A program made the position numbers and the translations under genes. From Methylophilaceae bacterium (GTDB taxonomy: Bacteria; Pseudomonadota; Gammaproteobacteria; Burkholderiales; Methylophilaceae), in assembly GCA_036560445.1 (NCBI GenBank), contig DATBRG010000019.1:25958-89957 (forward strand): a DNA stretch of 64,000 nt. The letters run 5' to 3'. Positions 26,837-36,002 of the stretch are shown in pieces. Under the pieces are notes generated by a model, which was given only the letters and a program-made list of their open reading frames with translations, was not told the origin of the DNA and did not search any database. Within the stretch, counting starts at the first letter, position 1. The number at the start of each line of letters is the position of its first letter.

Positions 26837-27548
26837 CGTGTGGGTTCAAACCAAGCCTTTTGTTGGCTCGGCGTTCCAGTAAATCACTTACCAGCAGTGC
26901 GCAAAATGCCAGCAGCATGCTCAGAATAACCAGTCGCATTGCCGCCGTATCTCCACCTGGAATCTGCGTATAGGTGAAAATGGCCAGAGGCAGGGTTCTG
27001 GTCTCACCTTCGATATTGCCGACAAAGGTAATGGTGGCGCCAAATTCCCCCAGGCTGCGGCTGAAAGCCAGAATTAATCCTGTCAGTACCCCCGGCATCG
27101 CCAACGGCAAAGTGACAGTAAAAAAGACCCTGAAGGGATGCGCGCCCAGAGATTGGGCCGCGGCTTCAAGGTTGGTATCCACCTGACGGATAGCCAATCG
27201 TGCTGCGCGCACCATCAGTGGAAATGCCATGACGGCTGAAGCGATGGCGGCGCCTACCCAGGTGAATACCAGCGTTATTCCCCAGCTTTCATGCAACCAC
27301 TTTCCTATCAAACCTTGATTCCCAAGCAAGATCAGCAGCAAGAACCCTGGGACTACTGGTGGCAAGACAAGTGGCAAATGTACCAAGCTATCCAGCAGTG
27401 ATTTACCGATAAAAGATTTTCTGGCGAGCAGCCATGCGACAAATATTCCGGGCACACAGCTAGCGAGCGTGGACCACAGCGCGACCTTGATAGACAGGAA
27501 AAGTGCCGAGATTTCTGATGGAGTAAAGTTCAGCAAATCATGCAGCAT
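26829..27548 (-). CDS. modB: Molybdate ABC transporter permease
   Basis: 239 aa, CysTW-type permease with an EAA loop (SLGEFGATITFVGNI). Confidence 0.9.
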   Translation of the reverse strand: MLHDLLNFTPSEISALFLSIKVALWSTLASCVPGIFVAWLLARKSFIGKSLLDSLVHLPLVLPPVVPGFLLLILLGNQGLIGKWLHESWGITLVFTWVGAAIASAVMAFPLMVRAARLAIRQVDTNLEAAAQSLGAHPFRVFFTVTLPLAMPGVLTGLILAFSRSLGEFGATITFVGNIEGETRTLPLAIFTYTQIPGGDTAAMRLVILSMLLAFCALLVSDLLERRANKRLGLNPHDD

Positions 27549-27551
27549 GAT

Positions 27552-28319
27552 TTATTTGTTAATCGGGGTGAAGCCAAATTTTACGAAAATGGATTTCGCT
27601 TTATCCGAGCCCAAATAATCGATAAAGCTTCTAGCATTAGGCTGTGCGCCCTCAACTAAGGCTAGTGGGTAGACGATAGGCTCATGGCTGTCATCAGGGA
27701 ATACAGCCACAATCTCGACTTTGTCCGAGAGTTTTGCATCTGTTTCATAGACAATGCCAGCTGCGCATTCCCCGCGTTCTACAAAATTTAGCGCTGCACG
27801 TACATCTTGTGCGCCTACGACGCGTGATTTAATCGCATCCCACCAACCTAGTGTTATCAGGGATTGTTTCGCATAGATACCTACCGGGACAGATTCTACT
27901 TCGCCAGTACACAGTTTGCCGGTAAACGCACTGGCAAGGCTGGAAGATTTATCTATTTGCGCTTTAAAGCCTTGACCTTTAGGTGCGATCAATACGAGTC
28001 GATTGCTTAGTAGATTAGTGCGTGATTGTACGTTGATCCGCTTTTTGTCCTGCAAGTAGTCCATCCACTTGCTATCAGCAGAAATGAAGATATCTGCTGG
28101 AGCGCCATTTTCTATCTGCTTGGCTAATGCTGAGGATGCTGAGAAAGAGTTCTGAATTTTAGGAGACTTCTCGTTTTCGTATTCTGCGCTGATTTCATTC
28201 AATGCATTAGTCAGGCTGGCTGCCGCGAAGACGGTGATTTTTTGATCAGCCAATGAGGCTGTGGGTAGCCCTAGAACGCTAATAATGGTGATTAAGCGAA
28301 GTATTGAATAACGCAGCAT
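27552..28319 (-). CDS. modA: Periplasmic molybdate-binding protein
   Basis: Start moved to MLRYSILRLITIISVLGLPTASLA (28319), which gives a normal signal peptide. The ModA-like body includes FAAASLTNALNEI. Confidence 0.85.
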   Translation of the reverse strand: MLRYSILRLITIISVLGLPTASLADQKITVFAAASLTNALNEISAEYENEKSPKIQNSFSASSALAKQIENGAPADIFISADSKWMDYLQDKKRINVQSRTNLLSNRLVLIAPKGQGFKAQIDKSSSLASAFTGKLCTGEVESVPVGIYAKQSLITLGWWDAIKSRVVGAQDVRAALNFVERGECAAGIVYETDAKLSDKVEIVAVFPDDSHEPIVYPLALVEGAQPNARSFIDYLGSDKAKSIFVKFGFTPINK

Positions 28320-28338
28320 TTGAATGTCCCTGATTAAA

Positions 28339-28376
28339 ATGGATACGCTATTCCCATATGGGTATAGCGTATCCAT
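28339..28376. promoter_or_regulatory. 38-bp near-perfect palindrome: candidate ModE operator at the modA promoter
   Basis: ATGGATACGCTAT-tcccatatgggt-ATAGCGTATCCAT, with one symmetric mismatch pair. The CGCTAT core resembles the CGnTATAT core of enterobacterial ModE operators (from memory). It abuts the -10 box and covers the predicted start site. Confidence 0.5.
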
Positions 28377-28403
28377 TAGAAATCGAAAGTATGGGGATGT
28401 CAA
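28375..28403 (-). promoter_or_regulatory. sigma70-type promoter of modABC
   Basis: The minus strand reads TTGACA-N17-TCTAAT (28403-28398 and 28380-28375). Confidence 0.5.
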
Positions 28404-28423
28404 ATTCGACTTGGAAAGGCTAG

Positions 28424-28774
28424 CTAATCGGCCTGCCGCAAACTGTTAAGTATTGCTTGCATGTCAGCTTCGGCGCTTGCATGTGTTTTTGCGATGATAT
28501 CGCGGTAGCACTTCAGTATGTGCATACCGAGCTCAGTCACGCTAGCGCCACCACCATGGCTCCCTCCTGACGCAGTGATCACTAGGGGCTCCTGAAAACA
28601 CCGATTCATGGTATCCACTAACTCCCATGCCCGTCGGTAGGACATATGCATCTGTTTTGCAGCTGCAGATATCGAGCCAAACTTGATAATCGCCTCCAGT
28701 AAGTCTGCCTTGCCTGGGCCGATGGCAGTTATTTTCCCATGGGAGATTCGAATTTTGAGGGGGTCAGAACTCAT
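28424..28774 (-). CDS. modE: ModE-like regulator, N-terminal wHTH domain only (no Mop molybdate-binding domains)
   Basis: 116 aa. GPGKADLLEAIIKFGSISAAAKQMHMSYRRAWELVDTMN matches the ModE/LysR-like HTH. The protein ends where the Mop di-domain of the 262-aa E. coli ModE would begin. Confidence 0.75.
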   Translation of the reverse strand: MSSDPLKIRISHGKITAIGPGKADLLEAIIKFGSISAAAKQMHMSYRRAWELVDTMNRCFQEPLVITASGGSHGGGASVTELGMHILKCYRDIIAKTHASAEADMQAILNSLRQAD

Positions 28775-28931
28775 GATGTTAGGTAAATTAGTAGTGTACG
28801 CATCTCAATGTTACCTGTTATGTATTCGGCGCAATAGGCTCATTTGGCCTTAATGAACGCATCTAACTGAGAATATCTAAAAAACTCCCAATCCGAATTT
28901 TTATAAATGAAAGCAGTCCTAACATACAAAA

Positions 28932-28956
28932 CGTTATATACATGAAAATATAACAG
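28932..28956. promoter_or_regulatory. Mo-box-like A/T inverted repeat upstream of fdsG
   Basis: cGTTATAT-acatgaaa-ATATAACag, 55-75 nt upstream of the fdsG TTG start, in the intergenic region shared with the divergent modE-like gene. Confidence 0.4.
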
Positions 28957-29008
28957 ACGTAATATTTAACAAAATATATCGGCAGCACTTTTTTATACAG
29001 GAGTTGCG

Positions 29009-29479
29009 TTGTTTTCAGAATACTACTTACGAATCGAAAAGCTTATAGAAGCGCATAAACCTATTCCCGGTGGCTTGCTGCCATTGCTGCATGCTATTCA
29101 GGATGAAATTGGCTATATCCCGGAAGAAAGCTATGAGGGGATTTCTAAGACACTTAATCTTTCGGTGGCAGAAATACATGGGGTTGTGAGCTTTTATCAT
29201 CATTTCAGAACCAAAGCTCCGGGCAAACATATTCTGCATATATGCAGGGCTGAGTCATGTCAGGCGATGGGGTCGGCAGAGTTGGAGGGTTATGCGAAAT
29301 CAACATTGCATGTTGATTATCACCAAACGACTGCAGATGGGGCCATTACATTGGAGCCTATCTACTGCCTTGGTAACTGTGCATTGTCACCGGCTGTCAT
29401 GTTGGATGAGAAGCTTTATGGCCGAGTCAACAAGGCCAAGTTAGATTATTTGATTACCGCATCAAGAGCTGATAAATGA
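29009..29479 (+). CDS. fdsG: NAD-dependent formate dehydrogenase gamma subunit (NuoE-like 2Fe-2S)
   Basis: 156 aa. TTG start with CAGGAG upstream. The C..C...C..C pattern (ICRAESC...CLGNC) resembles NuoE. Confidence 0.85.
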   Translation: MFSEYYLRIEKLIEAHKPIPGGLLPLLHAIQDEIGYIPEESYEGISKTLNLSVAEIHGVVSFYHHFRTKAPGKHILHICRAESCQAMGSAELEGYAKSTLHVDYHQTTADGAITLEPIYCLGNCALSPAVMLDEKLYGRVNKAKLDYLITASRADK

Positions 29480-31029
29480 CCATTAAAGTATATGTCCCAA
29501 GGGATTCTTCAGCTTTGTCGATGGGCGCAGACCATGTTGCTATGAATATCCTGGTCGAAGCTGCGCAAAGAGGGGCTTCGATTGAGATCATCCGAAACGG
29601 TTCCAGAGGTATGTATTGGTTAGAGCCGATGGTGGAAGTGCTAACCGATAAAGGAAGGGTTGCTTACGGACCAGTATCTCCTGCCAGTATTAATGGATTA
29701 TTTGAATGTAATTTCCTCTATGGAGGAGAACATCATCTACGAATCGGGCTGACTGACGAAATACCTTGGTTAAAAAAGCAGGAACGTCTCACTTTTGCTC
29801 GAGTAGGAATCACAGATCCAGTTTCACTTGAAGATTACATTTGCCACGATGGTTATCGTGGTTTGCGCAGCGCCTTGGAACTTTCACCCGCAAATATCGT
29901 GCAGGAAGTCACGGATTCCGGTCTGCGCGGGAGAGGCGGCGCCGCGTTCCCTACAGGGATCAAATGGAAAACAGTACTGGGTTGTGAGGCAGACCAGAAG
30001 TACATCGTCTGCAATGCAGATGAAGGAGACTCAGGTACCTATTCTGATCGCATGATCATGGAAGGTGACCCCTATGTTCTTATCGAAGGAATGACTATTG
30101 CAGCCTTGGCGGTAGGCGCAACGCAGGGCTATATCTATCTTCGTTCGGAATATCCCGATGCTTTGAAGATACTTAATGAAGCCATTGCCAATGCTTATGC
30201 AGCAGGTTACCTAGGTAATAACATTCTCAATAGTGGCCATCACTTTGATCTGGAAGTCCGCCGCGCCGCGGGCGCCTATATCTGTGGCGAAGAAACTTCA
30301 CTATTGGAAAGTCTGGAAGGAAAGCGTGGGGTGGTGCGTTTCAAGCCTCCACTACCTGCTGTTGAAGGGCTGTTCGGTAAACCAACGGTCGTCAATAATG
30401 TGATTTCTTTTGCAAGTGTGCCTATCGTTCTGGATAAAGGCGCCAGTTTCTATAAAGACTATGGCATGGGCCGCTCACGTGGCACCTTGCCTATACAGTT
30501 GGCTGGCAATATCAAGCATGGCGGGCTAGTAGAGAAGGCTTTCGGCATTACTTTGCGAGAGCTTTTATATGATTTTGGCGGAGGTTCTGCCACTGGTCGC
30601 CCGATTCGAGCAGTACAGGTTGGCGGCCCATTGGGGGCGTATTTGCCGGAATCACAATTCGACACACCGCTGGATTATGAGGAGTTCTCGAAAATCTGGG
30701 CGGTGCTTGGTCATGGCGGCATCGTTGCTTTTGACGATACTGTAGACATGGCCAAGATGGCACGTTATGCGTTTGAGTTTTGCGCCATCGAATCCTGCGG
30801 CAAATGTACCCCTTGCAGGATTGGCTCTACACGCGGTGTAGAGGTCATGGACAAAATTATTGCTGGCACTCAAGTCAGCAAGAACATTACTTTGGTTCGG
30901 GAGTTAAGCGACACCTTGCTTAATGGTTCCCTTTGCGCACTGGGTGGCATGACGCCCTATCCGGTTATCAGCGCAATGAATCATTTCCCCGAAGACTTTG
31001 GCCTGCTAAACGGCGAACGCGCTGCATAA
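29476..31029 (+). CDS. fdsB: NAD-dependent formate dehydrogenase beta subunit (NuoF-like, FMN/NAD)
   Basis: 517 aa with [23 protein letters not shown] and [10 protein letters not shown] motifs of the NuoF family. Confidence 0.9.
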   Translation: MTIKVYVPRDSSALSMGADHVAMNILVEAAQRGASIEIIRNGSRGMYWLEPMVEVLTDKGRVAYGPVSPASINGLFECNFLYGGEHHLRIGLTDEIPWLKKQERLTFARVGITDPVSLEDYICHDGYRGLRSALELSPANIVQEVTDSGLRGRGGAAFPTGIKWKTVLGCEADQKYIVCNADEGDSGTYSDRMIMEGDPYVLIEGMTIAALAVGATQGYIYLRSEYPDALKILNEAIANAYAAGYLGNNILNSGHHFDLEVRRAAGAYICGEETSLLESLEGKRGVVRFKPPLPAVEGLFGKPTVVNNVISFASVPIVLDKGASFYKDYGMGRSRGTLPIQLAGNIKHGGLVEKAFGITLRELLYDFGGGSATGRPIRAVQVGGPLGAYLPESQFDTPLDYEEFSKIWAVLGHGGIVAFDDTVDMAKMARYAFEFCAIESCGKCTPCRIGSTRGVEVMDKIIAGTQVSKNITLVRELSDTLLNGSLCALGGMTPYPVISAMNHFPEDFGLLNGERAA

Positions 31030-31049
31030 ACAGGTTTTAAGGAGGCATC

Positions 31050-33896
31050 ATGGATACGCAAAAAGATTACGGAACACCAACCAAGATTAGTGAAAAACTC
31101 GTTACGGTAGAGATTGATGGTCAGCAAGTGTCGGTGCCTGCTGGTACCTCTATCATGCGGGCTGCGATAGAAACCGGAATTAATATTCCCAAACTGTGTG
31201 CCACTGATAGCCTGGAACCTTTTGGTTCATGCCGCCTATGCTTGGTTGAGATTGAAGGCCGTAAAGGTTACCCGGCTTCATGTACCACACCAGTTGATGA
31301 AGGCCTGAAGATACACACACAGAGCCCGAAACTGGCAGATATAAGGCGTGGCGTCATGGAGCTTTATATCTCGGATCATCCGTTGGATTGCCTCACCTGT
31401 GCAGCAAACGGTGACTGCGAGTTGCAGGATATGGCAGGTGCAGTCGGTTTGCGTGAGGTGCGCTATGGCTATGATGGTGAGAACCATCTGAAAGCAGAGA
31501 AAGATACCTCTAATCCATATTTCACATTCGATCCGTCCAAGTGCATCGTGTGTTCCCGATGTGTTCGTGCTTGTGAAGAAACGCAGGGTACTTTTGCCCT
31601 GACTATCCATGGTCGGGGGTTTGATTCAAAAGTGGCTTCCGGCACCGAGAATTTTCTTGAATCCGAATGCGTTTCATGCGGAGCCTGTGTGCAAGCCTGC
31701 CCAACTGCAACTCTCATGGAAAAGTCGGTAATCAATCATGGCTTGCCAGAGCACAGTGTCACCACTACTTGTGCTTATTGTGGTGTGGGTTGCTCATTCA
31801 ATGCCGAGATGAAGGGCGAAGAAGTAATCCGCATGGTGCCAAATAAAAATGGCGGTGCCAATCACGGGCATTCTTGCGTTAAAGGGCGTTTTGCTTGGGG
31901 TTATGCCACCCATAAGGATCGCATCACTACCCCCATGATACGCAAGAGCATCAAGGATGCATGGCAAGAGGTCTCGTGGGAAGAAGCAATCAATTATGCT
32001 GCCAGTGAACTCATGCGTATTCAAGCCAAATACGGTAAGGATTCGATAGGCGCGATTACCTCTTCACGCTGCACCAATGAAGAAGTGTATGTAATACAGA
32101 AACTGGTACGTGCGGTATTTGGCAGTAATAACGTAGACACCTGTGCCCGGGTCTGCCATTCCCCAACCGGCTATGGCCTGAAACAGACATTGGGTGAATC
32201 CGCCGGTACCCAGACTTTTGATTCGGTCATGAAATCCGATGTGATCATGATTATTGGCGCCAACCCTACGGATGGTCACCCGGTATTTGCCTCACAAATG
32301 AAACGCAGGTTGCGTGAAGGCGCCAAGCTGATCATCGCTGATCCGCGTGCCATTGACTTGGTTTCATCTCCACACGTCAAGGCAGACTACCACCTGAAAT
32401 TACGCCCGGGAACTAATGTTGCCCTGATCTCTGCCATGGCACATGTGGTGGTGACAGAAGGTCTTGCCGACGAGGAGTTCGTTAAAGCTCGTTGTGAGTG
32501 GGATTCCTACACGATATGGCGCGACTTCGTTACCAAGCAAGAAAACTCGCCTGAGGCATTGGAAGCTGAATTGGGCATAGCGGCCGACGTTGTTCGTGCT
32601 GCTGCGAGGCTTTATGCCACTGGTGGCAATGCGGCGATCTATTATGGTCTGGGGGTCACTGAGCATAGCCAGGGCTCTACCATGGTGATGGGTATCGCTA
32701 ATCTTGCCATGGCTACCGGCAATCTTGGCCGTGAAGGTGTGGGCGTGAACCCATTGCGTGGGCAGAATAATGTTCAGGGCTCGTGCGATATGGGGTCCAT
32801 GCCGCACGAATTCACTGGCTATCGCCACGTTTCGGATGATGCCACCCGTGCATTATTTGAAGCTGCTTGGGGCAGGCCGCTTAGCAGCGATCCGGGTTTG
32901 CGTATCCCGAATATGCTGGATATGGCTGGTGAAGGTACTTTCAAAGGCTTATATTGCAATGGCGAAGATATCGCACAATCCGACCCCAATACCCAGCATG
33001 TGACCCATGCGCTTGAGTCTATGGAGTGCGTGATTGTGCAGGACTTGTTCCTTAACGAAACCGCGATGTACGCGCATGTATTCTTCCCTGGCGCATCCTT
33101 TCTGGAAAAGAGCGGTACCTTTACCAATGCCGAGCGGCGTATCTCTCCTGTGCGCCGTGTGATGACGCCCAAGAATGGCTACGAAGATTGGGAAATCACG
33201 GCGATGCTTTCTACCGCTATGGGGTATCCGATGTTTTATAAACATGCGTCTGATATCCTGGATGAGATCGCCAGTCTGACGCCAACCTTCCAAGGCGTTA
33301 GCTTTAAAAAGCTGGATGAACTAGGCAGCGTGCAATGGCCCTGCGATGAAGAGCATCCGCAAGGCACTCCGACCATGCATATTGATGAATTTGTACGTGG
33401 CAAGGGTAAATTCTTTATTACGCAATATATGCCGACAAGTGAGCGGGTAACAAGAAAGTACCCGCTTATACTCACTACAGGCCGTATCCTTTCCCAGTAC
33501 AACGTTGGTGCACAGACGCGGCGTACCGATAATGTTACCTGGCATACTGAAGACCGTGTGGAAATCCATCCACATGATGCTGAAGAGCGTGGCATCAAAG
33601 ATGGTGACTGGGTAGGTATTGCCAGTCGTGCAGGTGATACGGTACTTAGAGCCACGATCACTGAACGAGTGCAGCCGGGGGTTGTGTATACCACATTCCA
33701 TCATCCGGAATCTGGTGCGAATGTTATCACCACGGATAATTCTGACTGGGCTACCAACTGCCCTGAATACAAGGTGACGGCAGTGCAGGTAACGCGTGTT
33801 AACCAGCTATCTGAATGGCAGAAGCAGTATCATGAATTTAGTGACGAGCAGATTGCACTCGCCAATACACAGCCGGATGAAGCCAGAATTGAATAG
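31050..33896 (+). CDS. fdsA: NAD-dependent formate dehydrogenase alpha subunit (Fe-S + Mo-bisPGD)
   Basis: 948 aa. N-terminal 2Fe-2S and 4Fe-4S Cys clusters, CAYCGVGC, and a molybdopterin oxidoreductase body. Confidence 0.9.
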   Translation: MDTQKDYGTPTKISEKLVTVEIDGQQVSVPAGTSIMRAAIETGINIPKLCATDSLEPFGSCRLCLVEIEGRKGYPASCTTPVDEGLKIHTQSPKLADIRRGVMELYISDHPLDCLTCAANGDCELQDMAGAVGLREVRYGYDGENHLKAEKDTSNPYFTFDPSKCIVCSRCVRACEETQGTFALTIHGRGFDSKVASGTENFLESECVSCGACVQACPTATLMEKSVINHGLPEHSVTTTCAYCGVGCSFNAEMKGEEVIRMVPNKNGGANHGHSCVKGRFAWGYATHKDRITTPMIRKSIKDAWQEVSWEEAINYAASELMRIQAKYGKDSIGAITSSRCTNEEVYVIQKLVRAVFGSNNVDTCARVCHSPTGYGLKQTLGESAGTQTFDSVMKSDVIMIIGANPTDGHPVFASQMKRRLREGAKLIIADPRAIDLVSSPHVKADYHLKLRPGTNVALISAMAHVVVTEGLADEEFVKARCEWDSYTIWRDFVTKQENSPEALEAELGIAADVVRAAARLYATGGNAAIYYGLGVTEHSQGSTMVMGIANLAMATGNLGREGVGVNPLRGQNNVQGSCDMGSMPHEFTGYRHVSDDATRALFEAAWGRPLSSDPGLRIPNMLDMAGEGTFKGLYCNGEDIAQSDPNTQHVTHALESMECVIVQDLFLNETAMYAHVFFPGASFLEKSGTFTNAERRISPVRRVMTPKNGYEDWEITAMLSTAMGYPMFYKHASDILDEIASLTPTFQGVSFKKLDELGSVQWPCDEEHPQGTPTMHIDEFVRGKGKFFITQYMPTSERVTRKYPLILTTGRILSQYNVGAQTRRTDNVTWHTEDRVEIHPHDAEERGIKDGDWVGIASRAGDTVLRATITERVQPGVVYTTFHHPESGANVITTDNSDWATNCPEYKVTAVQVTRVNQLSEWQKQYHEFSDEQIALANTQPDEARIE

Positions 33897-33902
33897 CTCA
33901 TT

Positions 33903-34739
33903 GTGAAACTCCCTGCTGACACTATCGCGACTGAAGTAAGCTCCAGCCATTATCCGGTTCTGAAATGGGATCAAGGGCACATTCTTAAACTGGATGACTG
34001 TGTTGCGGAGGAAGTGCCGATCGCCATGGTTTATAACGGTGTTTCTCATGCCGTCATGCTGGCTTCCCCGCAAGACCTAGAAGACTTCGCCATTGGGTTT
34101 TCCTTATCTGAGGGCATTATCTCAAGCCTAAGTGAAATATACGGAATTGAGGTCATTCATCAGCCCAAGGGTATAGAACTGCATATCGATCTGGCCGCCG
34201 AGCGTTTCCAATTACTTAAAGAACGCCGCCGTAGTATGAGTGGCAGGACAGGTTGCGGATTATGCGGCGCAGAGAGTCTAGAGCAAGCGATGCGTATTCC
34301 AACTAATGTTATCAATATTGTCGATCGTATTTCGAGTAAGGCTATATACAAGGCACACCTGCATATTAGAAGCCAACAAAAACTGCAGGTACAGACAGGG
34401 GCCACGCATGCTTGTGCGTGGGTTAAGACGAATGGAACTATCGAGAATTTGAGGGAAGACGTGGGCAGACACAATGCACTCGATAAGCTTATCGGTGCAA
34501 TGGCCAGAAAGCATTCAACTACTCCAGGATTTGTGTTGACGACAAGCCGTGCGAGCTACGAAATGGTACAAAAGGTTGCAACTGCTGGCATCCCTATACT
34601 CGTTGCGGTTTCTGCGCCTACTGGACTAGCCATCAGGATTGCACAGAATTGTGGGGTTACCTTGGTTGGATTCGCGCGCAACCATCAACACGTGATCTAC
34701 AGCAGGCCAGAAAGAATCCTGCATAAGGAAGAAGCATGA
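33903..34739 (+). CDS. fdhD: Formate dehydrogenase accessory sulfurtransferase FdhD/FdsC
   Basis: 278 aa with GTG start and the GRTGCGLCG and GRHNALDK motifs of FdhD. Confidence 0.9.
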   Translation: MKLPADTIATEVSSSHYPVLKWDQGHILKLDDCVAEEVPIAMVYNGVSHAVMLASPQDLEDFAIGFSLSEGIISSLSEIYGIEVIHQPKGIELHIDLAAERFQLLKERRRSMSGRTGCGLCGAESLEQAMRIPTNVINIVDRISSKAIYKAHLHIRSQQKLQVQTGATHACAWVKTNGTIENLREDVGRHNALDKLIGAMARKHSTTPGFVLTTSRASYEMVQKVATAGIPILVAVSAPTGLAIRIAQNCGVTLVGFARNHQHVIYSRPERILHKEEA

Positions 34740-34960
34740 ATACAGAACGTCTAATTATCATGGCCAATCAAATTGGTGATTTTTTTTGCTCTCATCCTGA
34801 TGCCGGTCAAGCAAAGACAGACATCGCCAACCACCTGAAGCGCTTTTGGGCACTGAGTATGCGCAAGCAGATTGTCGCTCATGTCCATGAGAAGCATGGT
34901 GTAGGTCTAGACCCCATCGTCGGCGATGCCATCAAGGAAAATCAATCTATTCTGATATGA
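34736..34960 (+). CDS. fdsD: Formate dehydrogenase delta subunit
   Basis: 74 aa with the LIIMANQIGDFF...HLKRFW pattern of FdsD. Overlaps the fdhD stop by 4 nt. Confidence 0.8.
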   Translation: MNTERLIIMANQIGDFFCSHPDAGQAKTDIANHLKRFWALSMRKQIVAHVHEKHGVGLDPIVGDAIKENQSILI

Positions 34961-35007
34961 CTCAGAGCCTAACGTGACTGGAACCGCTATGTCTGCCACG
35001 TTCCGGT

Positions 35008-35069
35008 ACCATGCCTTTGCCTTTTATCCCGGTTTATCGTCGTTTCTGACTAATCTGAATGCAAGTTCA
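35008..35069 (+). repeat. Copy A of a ~62-bp imperfect direct repeat (partner at 37161-37223)
   Basis: ACCATGCCTTTGCCTTTTATCCCGGTTTATCGTCGTTTCTGACTAATCTGAATGCAAGTTCA against copy B. About 80% identity by hand alignment with one 1-nt indel, same orientation. Confidence 0.7.
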
Positions 35070-35089
35070 GGATCATATCTAAGGAGTGG

Positions 35090-35668
35090 TTATTTGCTGA
35101 TGACCACCAAAAAAGAACCGAGTGAAATGGCCAGAGCCAACGATGACAGGAAAATTGCCCATTTTGCTAGCTTGCGATCTTGAATGGGCTGCTGGCCAAG
35201 CGTTGAAGCAGTTTGTTCTTCGCTTCTGCTTGGGTCAGTGGCTAGATGTAGCAATCCCATGACTTTATGCACCATGTCACCATCGAACGCGTAAGGGTCG
35301 AATTTTTTATAGCCATTGCTTGAAAGCAGGTGTTTCATTTGATTGTCTACGCCAACATATTTCATGGACCAATCGGGAAACGAAAGCTCGCTAATCATCT
35401 TTCTGGAAAGCAGCTTCAGATCCTTGTGGCGGCTATCTTCAAGTAATGTTTTATAAAGCGTATCAACGGTGCTTTCCTCACCTTCAAGGCATTGAAAGAA
35501 ACAGCCGTCGCCGAAATAAAGTACCCCGACCAAACCTTTGATACGGTTATTACTTCTGGATTTGGCCAATATGCGGGCTACATTTGGTTCTATGGTTCCT
35601 GCGCTATCGGTAGCGGCAAAAGTTGAACGGCTGATGTAGATGATCTGGATTAAATTTTTCATGGGCAT
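35090..35668 (-). CDS. BLUF (FAD blue-light sensor) domain protein with C-terminal membrane anchor
   Basis: 192 aa with the BLUF key residues present: Tyr11 (IIYISRS), Asn40/41, Gln59 (FFQCLEG), DSRH, Trp100 and Met102 (FPDWSMKY). C-terminal hydrophobic tail WAIFLSSLALAISLGSFLVVI. Confidence 0.85.
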   Translation of the reverse strand: MPMKNLIQIIYISRSTFAATDSAGTIEPNVARILAKSRSNNRIKGLVGVLYFGDGCFFQCLEGEESTVDTLYKTLLEDSRHKDLKLLSRKMISELSFPDWSMKYVGVDNQMKHLLSSNGYKKFDPYAFDGDMVHKVMGLLHLATDPSRSEEQTASTLGQQPIQDRKLAKWAIFLSSLALAISLGSFLVVISK

Positions 35669-35690
35669 ATTCCGGCAAATGAGTGACAGG

Positions 35691-35999
35691 CTAAATCGGT
35701 TTGGCAGGTTTTTTACGTAGCGATTCCGGCATGATCAGGCTGGCAGAATCCCAACCTTCAATTTCCAGTACCTTGCTCAAACATTCCTCCATGACCGCGT
35801 GCGCTTGCGCAGTTGCGGTGGCAATGGTCTCATGCACCAGACGGTCATTCGCGGAGTTGTTGGCGCAATTTATTTGATATTCAAAAAGCTCGCGTAATTC
35901 AAAAATGGTTCGACAAACCTGGGCTGGGCAAGCGCATTGATAAACCAGCGATTGATCAATGACCTTGCTGATCTGCGTGGCATTATATTTTTCTTGCAT
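35691..35999 (-). CDS. Cys-rich 102-aa hypothetical protein
   Basis: ORF spaced 3 nt after the cyclase gene and 22 nt before the BLUF gene. Five Cys, including the C-x-C-x4-C motif (YQCACPAQVC). I recognise no family. Confidence 0.6.
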   Translation of the reverse strand: MQEKYNATQISKVIDQSLVYQCACPAQVCRTIFELRELFEYQINCANNSANDRLVHETIATATAQAHAVMEECLSKVLEIEGWDSASLIMPESLRKKPAKPI

Positions 36000-36002
36000 G
36001 AA

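Noticed and set aside
34974-35183. Plus-strand 69-aa ORF, with AAGGAG at 35081-35086 followed by TTG/ATG, antisense to the BLUF tail
   Set aside because: It overlaps the BLUF coding region antisense, the predicted peptide has no features, and the SD-like hexamer is probably coincidental. It can only be settled by ribosome profiling.
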